Shown in pieces: positions 27,445 to 38,637 of a DNA stretch of 64,000 bases (position 1 is its first letter; each line of letters starts with the position of its first letter). The DNA comes from Eubacteriales bacterium (GTDB lineage Bacteria; Bacillota; Clostridia; Oscillospirales; CAG-272): assembly GCA_045632305.1 (NCBI GenBank), contig JAZQWL010000010.1, positions 3,399 to 67,398 of the forward strand, read 5' to 3'. Made by a program: the position numbers and the translations under genes. A model generated the notes under the pieces. The model was given only the letters and a program-made list of their open reading frames with translations. It ran no database searches and was not told the DNA's origin.

Positions 27445-28398
27445 ATGCCGGATAAATTTCAGACACTTTGGGAAAATATAGTTAAATTTTTTCAGAATTA
27501 CATCGTTTTCCCGATATCAAATATTACATTTATAGACTTTTTGGATATTTTGGTGCTTTCGGTACTGATCTATACGGTCTATAAGTTCATACGTGAAAGA
27601 CATGCTACACGTCTTGCAATGGGTGTAGGACTTATCCTTTTGGTTTACGTTGTAAGCGACCTTTTGAATATGATCGCGATAAGCTCGATCCTTAAGAATT
27701 TCTATGCGGTCGGCATTATGGCTATCTGCATAATTTTCCAGCCCGAGCTTCGTGACGTTCTTGAAAACGTTGGTTCTACCTCCGCATACTTCAAAAAGAA
27801 GGCGAAGCGTGTAAGCGGCGAGGACGAAAAGACCTTGCAGACGGTGGAGGAAATCTCTGCCGCCGCCTTTGAGCTTTCCCAGAAGGGAGAGGGTGCGCTT
27901 ATCGTAATTGAGAGATTCGGTCGACTTCGCAATCAGATGAGCGAGGGAACAAAGATCGACGCGATCGTATCGAGGCAGCTCCTTTGCAATATCTTTGTAA
28001 ACAAGTCCCCCCTTCATGACGGAGCGGTAATTATACGCGACGGAAGAATTCTTGCCGCATCAAGTAAGTCAAAGACGATCTCCGAAAATACTGAGATAGC
28101 AGAGGGACTCGGTACAAGACACAGAGCCGCGCTCAGAATAAGCGAGGTGAGTGATGCGGTGGTGGTTGTAGTTTCCGAGGAAACGGGTTCGATCTCTATC
28201 GCTAACAATAAGATTCTCAAGCGCGACTATAATGATATAGGCGCTAACGGTACTCATAAATCTACCGACCTTCGCGACGACCTGTTCCAGCTTATGACAG
28301 GTAAGACGGTTCAGGATATGGTTTCCAATTCCGTAAAGGATGAGACATTGGTTCTTAACGACGAGCTTCGAGAAGTTTCCGAAGCGGACGACGAATAA
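27445..28398 (+). CDS. cdaA: diadenylate cyclase CdaA
   Basis: Three N-terminal TM helices plus a DAC domain (LHDGAVIIRDGRI, GTRHRAALRISE, VVVVSEETGSISIA). Confidence 0.9.
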   Translation: MPDKFQTLWENIVKFFQNYIVFPISNITFIDFLDILVLSVLIYTVYKFIRERHATRLAMGVGLILLVYVVSDLLNMIAISSILKNFYAVGIMAICIIFQPELRDVLENVGSTSAYFKKKAKRVSGEDEKTLQTVEEISAAAFELSQKGEGALIVIERFGRLRNQMSEGTKIDAIVSRQLLCNIFVNKSPLHDGAVIIRDGRILAASSKSKTISENTEIAEGLGTRHRAALRISEVSDAVVVVVSEETGSISIANNKILKRDYNDIGANGTHKSTDLRDDLFQLMTGKTVQDMVSNSVKDETLVLNDELREVSEADDE

Positions 28399-28419
28399 TT
28401 TTGTTCGGAGGAATATTGA

Positions 28420-29478
28420 ATGAAGCAGCACGATTTCATAAAGGACTCTGATGCAAACGGCGGCGAAAACATAATAATCGCTCACGCAAAAAAGCGAAAG
28501 CTTGATATTATCGTGTGGATCGTTTGTTTGGCATTGGCGTTTGTATTGTGGATATATTTTGTTAATATGAACGACGACGATGCCACTGCCGAGATCAAGG
28601 TAACGCTTGACGTTGTAGGCAAGGACGCATTGAGCGACGCTACGGGACAGATGGTCTACGGACTTGATACCAAGGAGGTAACTATCGTTGTCAAGGGCAC
28701 TAACAGAGATTTGAAAAAATACGGCTCTGCCGATTATAAGGCGTCTATTGACGTAAGCAAGATCTCGGGCTCGGGAAAGCATATACTCGACGTAATTCCC
28801 GACATTCCCGAGGATACGGGACTCAAGCTTTCCGTTGAAAGCGTACAGCCCCAGAACGTAATCATTTATTCCGACGTTGTTGTTACGGAAAGCGTTGATT
28901 TTGAGGTTGTGGGTACGGGAATTCAGGCGCAGGATCCGTATAAGCTCGGAAATATAACCAAGAGCACGGATAAGGTGCAGATAACGGGCCCCAAGATCAT
29001 CGTTGACTCCATTCGTAACGGCGGTAAGGCGCAGTTCAGGATCTCCGAGTCCGCGCCTCTTCTCGCCAGCAAGGAATATATGGGCTTCTCGCTTGATTTT
29101 TGTGATCGAAACGGAGAATACATCATTTACGACGAATCAATAATTACTTATACAACAAGCGATATCAAGGTTACAGTACCTGTATATCTTGAAAAGTCAC
29201 TGTCTCTGTCACTTATATCTGACGGCGTGATCGTTAACGATCAGTACAACGTCAGCATCGAGATCGACGGAAAGCCGAGCGAGGCAATAAGCATCGTTGG
29301 TGAGCCGACCCGTATGTCGCGTCCCGACGTTCCGTCGGGCTTCAAGATCCAACTGACCGAAGAGGACGTTGATAGCGGAAGCAAGGTCGTGACCTTTACC
29401 AAGGAGGACCTGCCGTCGGATATTTATTTCGATGACGGAAGCACGGTTGTGGTTATTATAACGAAAAAGAACAGTTGA
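28420..29478 (+). CDS. cdaR: CdaA regulator CdaR (YbbR-domain protein)
   Basis: TM anchor plus repeated YbbR-like beta domains. Conserved position directly after cdaA. Confidence 0.75.
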   Translation: MKQHDFIKDSDANGGENIIIAHAKKRKLDIIVWIVCLALAFVLWIYFVNMNDDDATAEIKVTLDVVGKDALSDATGQMVYGLDTKEVTIVVKGTNRDLKKYGSADYKASIDVSKISGSGKHILDVIPDIPEDTGLKLSVESVQPQNVIIYSDVVVTESVDFEVVGTGIQAQDPYKLGNITKSTDKVQITGPKIIVDSIRNGGKAQFRISESAPLLASKEYMGFSLDFCDRNGEYIIYDESIITYTTSDIKVTVPVYLEKSLSLSLISDGVIVNDQYNVSIEIDGKPSEAISIVGEPTRMSRPDVPSGFKIQLTEEDVDSGSKVVTFTKEDLPSDIYFDDGSTVVVIITKKNS

Positions 29479-29480
29479 GT

Positions 29481-31085
29481 ATGACAAAAAAGAAATATAT
29501 ACTTGACGGAGTGAAGGCGGATATAGAGCTTTCGGACGGCGAGATATTGGATATAGCCAAAAAGAAGCTTCGCGCATGCGGAGTTGACGGCGGCTCGTAC
29601 GATATCTGCCTCTATAAAAAGTCAATCGACGCCAGACGGCGCGACGGCATCAAATTCGTCTGCTCGTTTACGCTTACTCCGAAAAACAACAAGGCGATAA
29701 GAGTTCGCACAGACGCCTTAAAGCTCCGTGAGCTTTATGCTACGGATTTTGCGGTGGGCGAGATAAAGCCCGTCCCGACAAATCCGCCGCTTGTGGTCGG
29801 AATGGGTCCTGCGGGACTTTTCTCGGCTCTGCTTTTGGCGGAGAGCGGTTTTAAGCCGATAATTATCGATCGTGGCGACAGCGTTTTTGACAGAGTGGCG
29901 GCGGTTGACAAATTTTATAGCACGGGCGCGCTTGATACCGAGTCGAATATTCAGTTCGGTGCGGGCGGAGCGGGAACGTTTTCCGATGGAAAGCTTCTTA
30001 CCAGAATCAACGATCCGCTTGTAAATTACGTGCTTGAAAGATTGCATTTCTTCGGCGCGCCCGACGAGATCATGACCAAGGCAAAGCCGCACATCGGGAC
30101 GGACAAGCTCCGTCTTGTGGTGCAGAATTTGCTTGACAGGATCGAGAGCTTGGGCGGCAGGGTGATTTACAGATGCAAGCTTGAGGATATTACCGAGACG
30201 GGTGAGGGCATCGTCGCTCATACGACAAAGGGAGATTTCCTTTGTTCGTCGTGTGTTCTGGCTCTCGGCCACAGCGCGAGGGATACCTGCAGAAAGCTGC
30301 TTGAAAAGGAATTTATGATAGTTCCCAAGCCGTTTTCCGTGGGCGTGAGAATCGAGCATCTGAGAAAAGATATTGAATACGGACTTTACGGTGAGTACGC
30401 GGGGCATAAAAACCTCGGCGCGGCAGAGTACGCTCTGTCGGATACAACGGGAGATCGCGGAGTTTATACGTTCTGTATGTGTCCCGGCGGTGAGGTCATG
30501 GCTGCGGCGTCCGAGGAGGGCGGCGTGGTTGTAAACGGAATGAGTCACTACGCGCGCGACGGACGAAATTCAAATTCGGCTATCGCGGTTTCCGTAAAGC
30601 TCTCCGATATAGAAAAGCATGAGGGAAGCGACGTGCTTGGCGCGATCGAATTCCAGAGAAAAATTGAGAGAGCCGCGTTTTCTTTGGGAGGCGGAGATTA
30701 TTCCTGCCCACTTCAGACGGTTGGCGATTTTCTTGGCGGAAAGAGGGGAACTTCCCCGACAAGAGTTACTCCCACGTATATGGGAGGTAACAAATATAAA
30801 TTGGCCGAAATGGACGGTGTTTTGCCTCCGTTCGTATGTGAGAGATTAAGATTCGGTATTTCGGCATTTGATAAAAAAATACATGGCTTTGCGGCTCCCG
30901 ACGCGATTTTGCTCGGAGCGGAAACAAGAACATCCTCCCCCCTCAGAATCATGCGAGGCGAGGATATGCAGGCCATTGGCAAAAAGAATATTTACCCTTG
31001 CGGCGAGGGAGCCGGCTATGCCGGCGGTATTACGAGCGCCGCGGTTGACGGAGTGAAGGTAGCGCTTGCTATTCTTCGCAAATAA
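29481..31085 (+). CDS. FAD-dependent oxidoreductase (COG2509-type)
   Basis: GMGPAGLFSAL dinucleotide fold, GAGGAGTFSDGKL, C-terminal GEGAGYAGGI. Confidence 0.75.
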   Translation: MTKKKYILDGVKADIELSDGEILDIAKKKLRACGVDGGSYDICLYKKSIDARRRDGIKFVCSFTLTPKNNKAIRVRTDALKLRELYATDFAVGEIKPVPTNPPLVVGMGPAGLFSALLLAESGFKPIIIDRGDSVFDRVAAVDKFYSTGALDTESNIQFGAGGAGTFSDGKLLTRINDPLVNYVLERLHFFGAPDEIMTKAKPHIGTDKLRLVVQNLLDRIESLGGRVIYRCKLEDITETGEGIVAHTTKGDFLCSSCVLALGHSARDTCRKLLEKEFMIVPKPFSVGVRIEHLRKDIEYGLYGEYAGHKNLGAAEYALSDTTGDRGVYTFCMCPGGEVMAAASEEGGVVVNGMSHYARDGRNSNSAIAVSVKLSDIEKHEGSDVLGAIEFQRKIERAAFSLGGGDYSCPLQTVGDFLGGKRGTSPTRVTPTYMGGNKYKLAEMDGVLPPFVCERLRFGISAFDKKIHGFAAPDAILLGAETRTSSPLRIMRGEDMQAIGKKNIYPCGEGAGYAGGITSAAVDGVKVALAILRK

Positions 31086-31219
31086 ATTTCGGTTGCAAGG
31101 ACAAACCGTCCTTGCAACCCATATAACTTTGAAAAAAATAAAAATAAGGATATATGTTTTGACGAGCAGCTCGGTAATGGACAAATCTGCCGAACTGCGG
31201 TATAAGACACGGTGAAAAA

Positions 31220-33409
31220 ATGAATAAGAGCACAAACTCAAAGAACAAGCTTTGGTCTGTGTTGTACGATGAAGCTTCGTCTGAGGCAAAAGGCGCGATA
31301 TCCGAGATATCCTCGGGTTTAGGGCTTTCTTTGACCTGCGCGAAAATTCTTTACAACAGAGGCGCGAAAAACGCTGCAGATGCAAAGCAATTCCTTTCCA
31401 CAAGTGTGGATAAGCTCCATTCCCCCTTCCTTATGAAGGACATGGATCTTGCGGTTGCAAGAATTTCCGATGCGCTTGAACGTGACGAGAGGATCACGAT
31501 CTACGGCGACTATGACGTTGACGGAGTAACCTCCGTTACGCTCCTGTATCTCTATCTCAAGAGCATCGGCGCATGCGTTGATTACTATATTCCCTCAAGA
31601 GAGGGCGAGGGCTACGGACTTTCCAAGGGCGCGATCGATACGCTTAAGGAGCAGGGAACCGAGCTTATTATCACGGTTGATACGGGTATAACGGCAAAGG
31701 AAGAGACCGAGTACGCAAAGACGCTTGGAATCGAGACTGTTGTAACCGACCATCACGAATGTCTGTCAACTCTGCCCGAGGTTTGCGCGGTAGTAAATCC
31801 TCACAGACCCGATTGCACCTATCCGTTCTCCGAGCTTGCGGGCGTCGGCGTTGTATTCAAGCTCGTTTGCGCGATGGAGATCTCAAGAAATCCCAAGCTC
31901 CCCGTTGATCAGGTTCTCGAGAGGATCTGTAACGAATATTCCGATCTTGCCGCGCTCGGCACGGTGGCGGACGTTATGCCTCTTTGTGATGAAAATCGCG
32001 CTATCGTTGGCATGGGACTTAAACGGATGTCGAGCGAACCGAGAGTGGGACTTGCGGCGCTTATCGAGGCGTCTACCAATATTGCAAACGCAAAGCCCGT
32101 TGTATCTAAATTCGCATCCGCGCCCAAAAGAAGAAAGATCGACGCGGGATATATCGGCTTCGGTATTGCCCCGAGGATCAACGCGGCGGGCAGAATCAGT
32201 AACGCTACTAAGGCGGTTGAGCTTCTTCTTTGTGAAAATCCCGTGAAGGCATACGACGCGGCGGTTGAGCTTTGCGAAATAAATATTCTCCGTCAGACGG
32301 AGGAAAATAAAATTGCCGAGAGCGCATACGAGATAGTTGACAGCACCCACGATTTTGATAACGATAAGATAATCGTTATCGCGGGCGACCATTGGCACCC
32401 CGGAATTATCGGTATCGTTGCTTCTCGCGTGACCGAAAAGTACGGACTTCCCGCCATTCTCATTTCTTTTGACGGCGCTATGGGTGATGAGCCCTCTCCG
32501 TATGATATCGGTAAGGGATCGGGCAGAAGCGTCAAGGGAATAAATCTCTGTGACGGGCTTAAGGCGTGTGAGGACTGTCTTGAAAAGTACGGCGGTCATG
32601 AGCTTGCGGCGGGACTTTCCGTGCGTCGTGACAGAATAGATGAATTCAAGAAAAAGATAAATCAGTTTGCAAGAGAGACGCTTGGTGATACGGAGCTTGT
32701 CGAGAGAACCGTTGCCGATTGTACCTTAGGTCTTGCGGATGCGAACATGGCGCTTGCGGATGAGCTTGCGCTCTTCGAGCCGTTTGGCGTAGCAAACCCC
32801 ACTCCTCAGTTTATGATGAGCGATCTTACGGTTCAGAGCGTGTTTGCGATCGGAGGCGGAAAGCATACAAAGCTTATTCTTTCCGACGGAGAAAGCAGTA
32901 TTCAGGCGGTGATGTTCGGTGTCGGCGGCTTTGACTTCAAGTTCATGAGAAACGACCGAGTTGATATTGTCTGCAAGCTCAACATAAATGAATTCCGCGG
33001 AGAAAAAACGGTGCAGCTGCTCATTGGCGATATCCGTCTCTCAAGTGAATTTCAAAAAGAGGTAGAGGACGGAGAGAAGGTTTACGCCGAAAAAGCTTCC
33101 GTCGGTATTTCCTTTGCACCGTCGGACGGGCTTTTGCGCGCGGACGTCGTATCGGTTTACAGATTTTTGAAGGACACGGTTATCGACAGCATAAGCTATA
33201 CCGATCTTTTGAGAATCGTTAACAGTGAAAATTACAAGAGAATAAGCTATATAAAGCTTCGTCTCATTCTTGACGTTTTGTGCGAGATCAAGGTGCTCGC
33301 CATTTCGGATAACGGTGACGGAAGCATAAAGATCGACGTGTTTTCAAACGCAAAGAAAACACAGCTCGAATTATCTCCTACATACAGGGAGTTTGAATTG
33401 AGTAATTAA
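31220..33409 (+). CDS. recJ: single-stranded-DNA-specific exonuclease RecJ
   Basis: DHH motifs (IYGDYDVDGVTS, ITVDTG, VTDHH) and DHHA1 (GGHELAAG). Confidence 0.9.
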   Translation: MNKSTNSKNKLWSVLYDEASSEAKGAISEISSGLGLSLTCAKILYNRGAKNAADAKQFLSTSVDKLHSPFLMKDMDLAVARISDALERDERITIYGDYDVDGVTSVTLLYLYLKSIGACVDYYIPSREGEGYGLSKGAIDTLKEQGTELIITVDTGITAKEETEYAKTLGIETVVTDHHECLSTLPEVCAVVNPHRPDCTYPFSELAGVGVVFKLVCAMEISRNPKLPVDQVLERICNEYSDLAALGTVADVMPLCDENRAIVGMGLKRMSSEPRVGLAALIEASTNIANAKPVVSKFASAPKRRKIDAGYIGFGIAPRINAAGRISNATKAVELLLCENPVKAYDAAVELCEINILRQTEENKIAESAYEIVDSTHDFDNDKIIVIAGDHWHPGIIGIVASRVTEKYGLPAILISFDGAMGDEPSPYDIGKGSGRSVKGINLCDGLKACEDCLEKYGGHELAAGLSVRRDRIDEFKKKINQFARETLGDTELVERTVADCTLGLADANMALADELALFEPFGVANPTPQFMMSDLTVQSVFAIGGGKHTKLILSDGESSIQAVMFGVGGFDFKFMRNDRVDIVCKLNINEFRGEKTVQLLIGDIRLSSEFQKEVEDGEKVYAEKASVGISFAPSDGLLRADVVSVYRFLKDTVIDSISYTDLLRIVNSENYKRISYIKLRLILDVLCEIKVLAISDNGDGSIKIDVFSNAKKTQLELSPTYREFELSN

Positions 33410-33440
33410 AGCCGAAATATTCGGCGGAACGGAGTAAGGT

Positions 33441-35681
33441 ATGGAGAACAGTGCGAACATACCGCATACAAATATAGATCGCTTATGTGACCTGCTCAGG
33501 GTTACGGGCAAAAACTATGACATAGACAAAATAAAGCGCGCTTACGAGTACGCCTACAAGCTGCACGAGGGACAGTTCCGCGCAAGTGGTGAGGCGTATA
33601 TTTCCCATCCCGTTGCGGTTGCGGAGATAGTTGCGGGTCTTGAGCTTGACACGGATTCCATCTGTGCGGCGCTCCTTCACGATACGGTGGAGGACTGTTC
33701 GGATAAGACCGACCTTAATGAGATAAAGAAGCAGTTTGGCGAGGAAGTTGCTCTTCTGGTTGACGGACTTACGAAGCTTGTCTCCCTTCAGGTAGAGGAT
33801 AAGGAGGAGAGACAGATCGAGAGCTTGCGTAAAATGCTTCTCGCGATGTCTCGTGACGTACGAGTAATTTTCATCAAGCTCTGCGACCGACTTCACAATA
33901 TGAGAACGCTCTCTGCTAAAAGAGAGGATAAGCGTCGCCTGACGGCTCTTGAGACTATGGAGGTCTACGCCCCCTTGGCGCACCGTCTCGGTATGCAGAA
34001 GATCAAGCAGGAGCTTGAAAATATTGGTATTTCTTACCTTGACCCTATCGGCTACGGTCAGGTCAAGGAGGATATTGAGCTTAAATACGGCAAGAACGTA
34101 AACTTTATTGAGAACGTAAGAAACAGCATTTCCGAAACACTTAATACGAGTGGTATAAAATATGCGCTTGAGGGAAGAATCAAGACCGCGTACAGTATTT
34201 ATAAAAAGATGTTCAAGCAGAACAAGTCGTTCGATGAGATCTATGACTTTTACGCGCTCAGAATCATTGTTGACACAGAGCTTGAATGCTACACCGTGCT
34301 TGGTATGATCCACGAGATGTTCAATTCCATACCCGGTAGATTCAAGGACTATATTTCCACTCCTAAGCCCAACATGTACCGCTCGCTTCATACGACGGTT
34401 ATCGGTCGTGACGGTATTCCTTTCGAGGTTCAGATAAGAACCTGGGAAATGCACCACATGGCGGAATACGGTATTGCGGCGCATTGGAAGTACAAGTCGG
34501 GAGCATCCTCAAAGGAGGATATGGACAAGAAGCTCGAATGGATCAGAAAGCTTATTGAGGCAGAGGACGACGTAAAGGATTCTGCAGAATTCTATCACGC
34601 CTTCAAGACGGATATTTTCCACGATGAGGTGTTTGTGTTCACTCCCAAGGGCGACGTTATCGCGCTCGCGCAGGGCTCTACGGTTATTGACTTTGCGTAT
34701 GCGATCCATTCCGCGGTTGGTAACAGAATGATCGGCGCTAAGGTAAACGGCTCTATCGTTTCCATCGACCGTGTGGTTGAAAACGGTGAGATCGTTGAGA
34801 TCCTTACGTCCTCGAGCGTCAAGGGTCCGAGCCGAGATTGGCTTAATATCGTAAAGACGAGTGAAGCGAGAAACAAGATCCGTCAGTGGTTCAAGAAGGA
34901 AACGCGAGCGGAGAATATGATCGTCGGAAAGAATATGTTCGACGGCGAGATCAAGAAGTATATCACAAAGCCGGGCGAGCCCGAAAAGCTGGAGATCGCA
35001 ACCGCCATAGCCGAGAGGATCGGCTTTGCTTCGGCGGATGACCTTTATAACGCGCTCGGTTACGGCGGTGTTTCCATACAGAAGGTTACAAACAAGCTCA
35101 AGGAAGAGACCGCGAAGAGAAACAGTGTTGAAGCGGCTCCCGTTGAGGTTACCGAGGAATCCATCGTTACTAAGACGAAGCCGAAAAACGTCAAGTCCAA
35201 CAGCGGTATTATCGTCGACGGTGAGAGCGGCTGTGCGGTTAAGTTTGCCAAGTGCTGCAATCCCTTGCCCGGAGACGACGTTATCGGATTTATTACGAAG
35301 GGCTACGGCATTTCCATTCATAAGAAGGACTGTCCGAACGCTATCTCGGGCAGAAATAATCCCGAGAGTCGCGACAGATGGATAAGCGCGCATTGGGAAA
35401 CCCCCGAGGATACGGGCGTATCGCGTAACGTTTACGAGGCGCTCCTTCAGGTGTTCACCGAGGATAAGATCGGTATGCTCGCGAATATCGCGGTAGCGCT
35501 TGCCGATATGAAGGTTATGATCCTTCAGGTTAACTCCAGAAAGAAGACGAATGGTGATTTTATCATCGATCTGAAGGTAAGCTGTAAGAATATCGATCAC
35601 TACTATTCCATCGTATCAAGACTTCGCACGCTTGACGGCGTGCTTGACGTAGTGCGAGGATTCTCGGCTCAAAAAATATAA
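33441..35681 (+). CDS. relA: bifunctional (p)ppGpp synthetase/hydrolase
   Basis: HD domain (HPVAVAEIV, LHDTVED), synthetase block (YRSLHTTV), TGS and ACT regions. 746 aa. Confidence 0.9.
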   Translation: MENSANIPHTNIDRLCDLLRVTGKNYDIDKIKRAYEYAYKLHEGQFRASGEAYISHPVAVAEIVAGLELDTDSICAALLHDTVEDCSDKTDLNEIKKQFGEEVALLVDGLTKLVSLQVEDKEERQIESLRKMLLAMSRDVRVIFIKLCDRLHNMRTLSAKREDKRRLTALETMEVYAPLAHRLGMQKIKQELENIGISYLDPIGYGQVKEDIELKYGKNVNFIENVRNSISETLNTSGIKYALEGRIKTAYSIYKKMFKQNKSFDEIYDFYALRIIVDTELECYTVLGMIHEMFNSIPGRFKDYISTPKPNMYRSLHTTVIGRDGIPFEVQIRTWEMHHMAEYGIAAHWKYKSGASSKEDMDKKLEWIRKLIEAEDDVKDSAEFYHAFKTDIFHDEVFVFTPKGDVIALAQGSTVIDFAYAIHSAVGNRMIGAKVNGSIVSIDRVVENGEIVEILTSSSVKGPSRDWLNIVKTSEARNKIRQWFKKETRAENMIVGKNMFDGEIKKYITKPGEPEKLEIATAIAERIGFASADDLYNALGYGGVSIQKVTNKLKEETAKRNSVEAAPVEVTEESIVTKTKPKNVKSNSGIIVDGESGCAVKFAKCCNPLPGDDVIGFITKGYGISIHKKDCPNAISGRNNPESRDRWISAHWETPEDTGVSRNVYEALLQVFTEDKIGMLANIAVALADMKVMILQVNSRKKTNGDFIIDLKVSCKNIDHYYSIVSRLRTLDGVLDVVRGFSAQKI

Positions 35682-35704
35682 GTAATTAAGGAATCAAGGA
35701 TAAA

Positions 35705-36163
35705 ATGAAAGCAGTTTTACAGAGAGTAAAGAAGGCGTCGGTTGAGGTCGACGGTAAAATCGTGGGTGAATGCGGGGAAGGTCTTATGATACTTCTCGGC
35801 GTTGCTCAGGGTGATACCGAGCTTGAGGCGGACGCGCTTGCAAAGAAGATTTTGGCGCACAGAATATTTACCGATGAAAACGGTAAGATGAATCTTTCGG
35901 TTCGCGATATCAACGGAGAGGCACTTGTAATTTCTCAGTTTACGCTTATGGCGAATTACCGCCACGGCAACCGCCCCGAATTTCTGGCGTCCGCGCCCCC
36001 GAGTGAGGCGAATCGCCTTTACGAGTATTTCAAGGGATTGCTCTCTAAAGAATTAAAGCACGTCGGAAGCGGTGTTTTCGGCGCGCACATGGACGTTTCC
36101 CTTATTAATCACGGCCCCGTTACTATCGTTATGGATAGCGACGTATTACTGAAAAAAGGATAA
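35705..36163 (+). CDS. dtd: D-aminoacyl-tRNA deacylase
   Basis: MKAVLQRV...SQFTL...GNRP...NHGPVT motifs. 152 aa. Confidence 0.9.
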   Translation: MKAVLQRVKKASVEVDGKIVGECGEGLMILLGVAQGDTELEADALAKKILAHRIFTDENGKMNLSVRDINGEALVISQFTLMANYRHGNRPEFLASAPPSEANRLYEYFKGLLSKELKHVGSGVFGAHMDVSLINHGPVTIVMDSDVLLKKG

Positions 36164-36170
36164 TAGAGAA

Positions 36171-37664
36171 ATGAAAGTATATATTGACGGAAATATAAAT
36201 CAATACTACGTGCAGATGCTGTGTATGATATTTTTCCCGGGCGCAAAATTCTCTCAGAACGAGGAGGAGAACGGGGAAAATCCCGTGCTTCACCTGACCT
36301 ACCGTGAGGATAATGATGGCGCGCACGCGTATGCCAAGGTGTATCTTGGTGAAAAAAGCGCGGAGAGTGAGCGTCATCACGCAAGAAGAGAGGATATAAG
36401 CTCCGACAGATTAAAGAAGATCGCCGTCGGTGACGCGGTTATTTCTGCTTGCGGAGACCTGCTCGGCTACCGTCCCTCATGGGGAATGCTCGTCGGTGTC
36501 CGTCCCTCGAAGGTGGCGACCGAGATGCTCAAGAGCGGAATGTCGAAGACCAGAGTTAAAAAGCAGCTGACAAGCGACTATTTCGTGATCCCGAAGAAGG
36601 CGGCGCTTGCGACTGAGGTTGCGCTCAATGAGGACAAGCTTATCGGTACACCCGGTAAAAAGGATTGCAGCGTTTACATATCCATTCCGTTCTGCCCGAC
36701 AAGATGCGCGTATTGCTCGTTTGTTTCATACACCTCAAAGCGCCTTCTCGATACGATCCCCGAGTATCTTGTGCAGATGAAGAGGGAGCTTGTCGCTACC
36801 TTTGACTTCATAAAGAAAATGGGGCTTAATCTTAAGACGGTCTACATAGGCGGTGGTACGCCTACAACTCTTGACGAGGTTCAGCTTGCCGATCTGCTTT
36901 CAACCATTAACGATAATATTGACGTAACGAAGCTTGAGGAATTTACGCTCGAATGCGGCAGACCCGATACGATCAATGAGGAAAAGCTTCGCATTGCAAA
37001 GCAGTATGGAGTGGGCAGAATAAGCGTAAATCCCCAGATCATGAACGACGAGGTGCTAAAAACCGTTGGACGCGCGCATGATACGGAATGCTTCATTCGC
37101 GCTTATGAGATCGCGAGAAAATCGGGAATTCCGATCATAAACTGCGACCTTATCGCGGGACTTCCCGGGGACAAGTTCAAGACCTTCTCGGATTCTTTCG
37201 ACAAGATTCTTGCTCTCCGTCCTGAAAATATAACCGTGCATACGTTTACGGTAAAGAACGCGAGCGACGTGCGCCGTTATGACAAAAACGTTTATTCCAT
37301 GCGCGGCGGTGACGTTGGTAAGAGTGTCGATTACTCGCAGATCAAGGCGCAGCACGACGGATATATTCCTTACTATATGTACCGTCAGAAGAATACTGTC
37401 GGCAATTTTGAAAACGTAGGACTTTCTCTGCCCGGTTGCGAGGGACTTTACAACATCTACATGATGGAGGAGGTTCATTCTATTTTCGCGGTGGGCGCGG
37501 GAGCGGTGTCGAAGTTTGTCGATTACAGTCCATCTGACGGGAAGGAAAGAACTATCGAGAGAGTGTTCAATCTGAAATATCCTTACGAATATCTCGCCGA
37601 GGACAGAACCGAGGAAAAGCTCAAGGCGGCAGAAAAATTCTATATTGAGCATAATTTGGTTTAA
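36171..37664 (+). CDS. HemN-family radical SAM protein (HemZ-like coproporphyrinogen dehydrogenase family)
   Basis: CPTRCAYCSF radical-SAM cluster motif. About 500 aa with the HemZ-type N-terminal extension. Confidence 0.7.
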   Translation: MKVYIDGNINQYYVQMLCMIFFPGAKFSQNEEENGENPVLHLTYREDNDGAHAYAKVYLGEKSAESERHHARREDISSDRLKKIAVGDAVISACGDLLGYRPSWGMLVGVRPSKVATEMLKSGMSKTRVKKQLTSDYFVIPKKAALATEVALNEDKLIGTPGKKDCSVYISIPFCPTRCAYCSFVSYTSKRLLDTIPEYLVQMKRELVATFDFIKKMGLNLKTVYIGGGTPTTLDEVQLADLLSTINDNIDVTKLEEFTLECGRPDTINEEKLRIAKQYGVGRISVNPQIMNDEVLKTVGRAHDTECFIRAYEIARKSGIPIINCDLIAGLPGDKFKTFSDSFDKILALRPENITVHTFTVKNASDVRRYDKNVYSMRGGDVGKSVDYSQIKAQHDGYIPYYMYRQKNTVGNFENVGLSLPGCEGLYNIYMMEEVHSIFAVGAGAVSKFVDYSPSDGKERTIERVFNLKYPYEYLAEDRTEEKLKAAEKFYIEHNLV

Positions 37665-37731
37665 ACCTTGGTAATTTATGCATATATTGATAAGTACAGC
37701 TTATTTAAAAATTAATGAAAGGCGGTAAGCT

Positions 37732-38637
37732 ATGAAAACACAAATAATCAGCGGTCGACTTACGGTTGACAGAAAATTTATAGAAAACTGTGATAAGAAA
37801 TTTGACGAAGCGTTGTCTCTTGCCGCACACAGAGTTTTTTCGGGAGAGGAAAAGATAATCGGTCTTACGGGTCCGACCTGCTCGGGAAAAACTACGGCGG
37901 CTAACAAGCTAAAATCAATAGTTGAGGAAATGGGGAAGAAAATGCAGGTCATCTCGCTTGACGATTTCTTCAAGGACGAATTTTCAAAGCAGAAGATCGA
38001 CAGAAACACGTCGGACGCTGACGGACTCGATTTCGACTCCCCCGACACCATGGATATGCCTCTTCTCTCGGAATTCGTTCACGATCTCTTCTCGAAGGGA
38101 AGAGCGATGAAGCCCACGTTTGATTTTAAAACGGGAACGCGCCCCGAGTACAACGAGATCGTAAGACACGAAGATGACGTTTTCGTATTCGAGGGAATTC
38201 AGGTGCTTTATCCCGAGGTGGTAAAGCTGCTTGGCAGTGAGGGAAGTAAGACGCTCCTCGTGTGTCCTCAGAGCGCGATAAAGATTGGTGAGAGAGTATT
38301 TGAGCCGAATGAGATACGTCTTCTTCGCAGAATAGTTCGCGATAAGAATTTCAGAGATACCAACGCGAATTTCACCATGTCCCTTTGGGAGAGTGTAAGA
38401 CGTAACGAGGAGAACAATATTTTCCCGAACGTTGGGGAAAACTGCGTTATAGTTGACACGACTCAGGCGTATGAGATCAATATTTTGAAGCCGTATCTTT
38501 TGACGGATCTTGAGATCATTACTCCCGACAGTAAGCATTACGAGACCAGAATGCAGATAGAGGAAAAGCTTCGCGGCATTGGCGACGCGGACAGCGCGTT
38601 TATCGGCAAGAACTCACTTTATAAGGAATTTGTATAA
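37732..38637 (+). CDS. uridine kinase/PRK-like P-loop nucleoside kinase family protein
   Basis: Walker A GLTGPTCSGKTT. Remainder is Udk-like. Specificity unknown. Confidence 0.55.
   Translation: MKTQIISGRLTVDRKFIENCDKKFDEALSLAAHRVFSGEEKIIGLTGPTCSGKTTAANKLKSIVEEMGKKMQVISLDDFFKDEFSKQKIDRNTSDADGLDFDSPDTMDMPLLSEFVHDLFSKGRAMKPTFDFKTGTRPEYNEIVRHEDDVFVFEGIQVLYPEVVKLLGSEGSKTLLVCPQSAIKIGERVFEPNEIRLLRRIVRDKNFRDTNANFTMSLWESVRRNEENNIFPNVGENCVIVDTTQAYEINILKPYLLTDLEIITPDSKHYETRMQIEEKLRGIGDADSAFIGKNSLYKEFV

Noticed and set aside
31090-31119. Terminator after the FAD-oxidoreductase gene (12-bp stem GGTTGCAAGGAC/GTCCTTGCAACC).
   Set aside because: The hairpin is strong, but no U-tract follows it (CATATAAC...). 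I therefore did not list it as an intrinsic terminator. It may be a processing or stability hairpin.
33483-35600. Two long minus-strand ORFs (333 and 363 aa) opposite relA.
   Set aside because: They are antisense shadow frames of an unambiguous RelA/SpoT homologue, with low-complexity Arg/Leu-rich translations.
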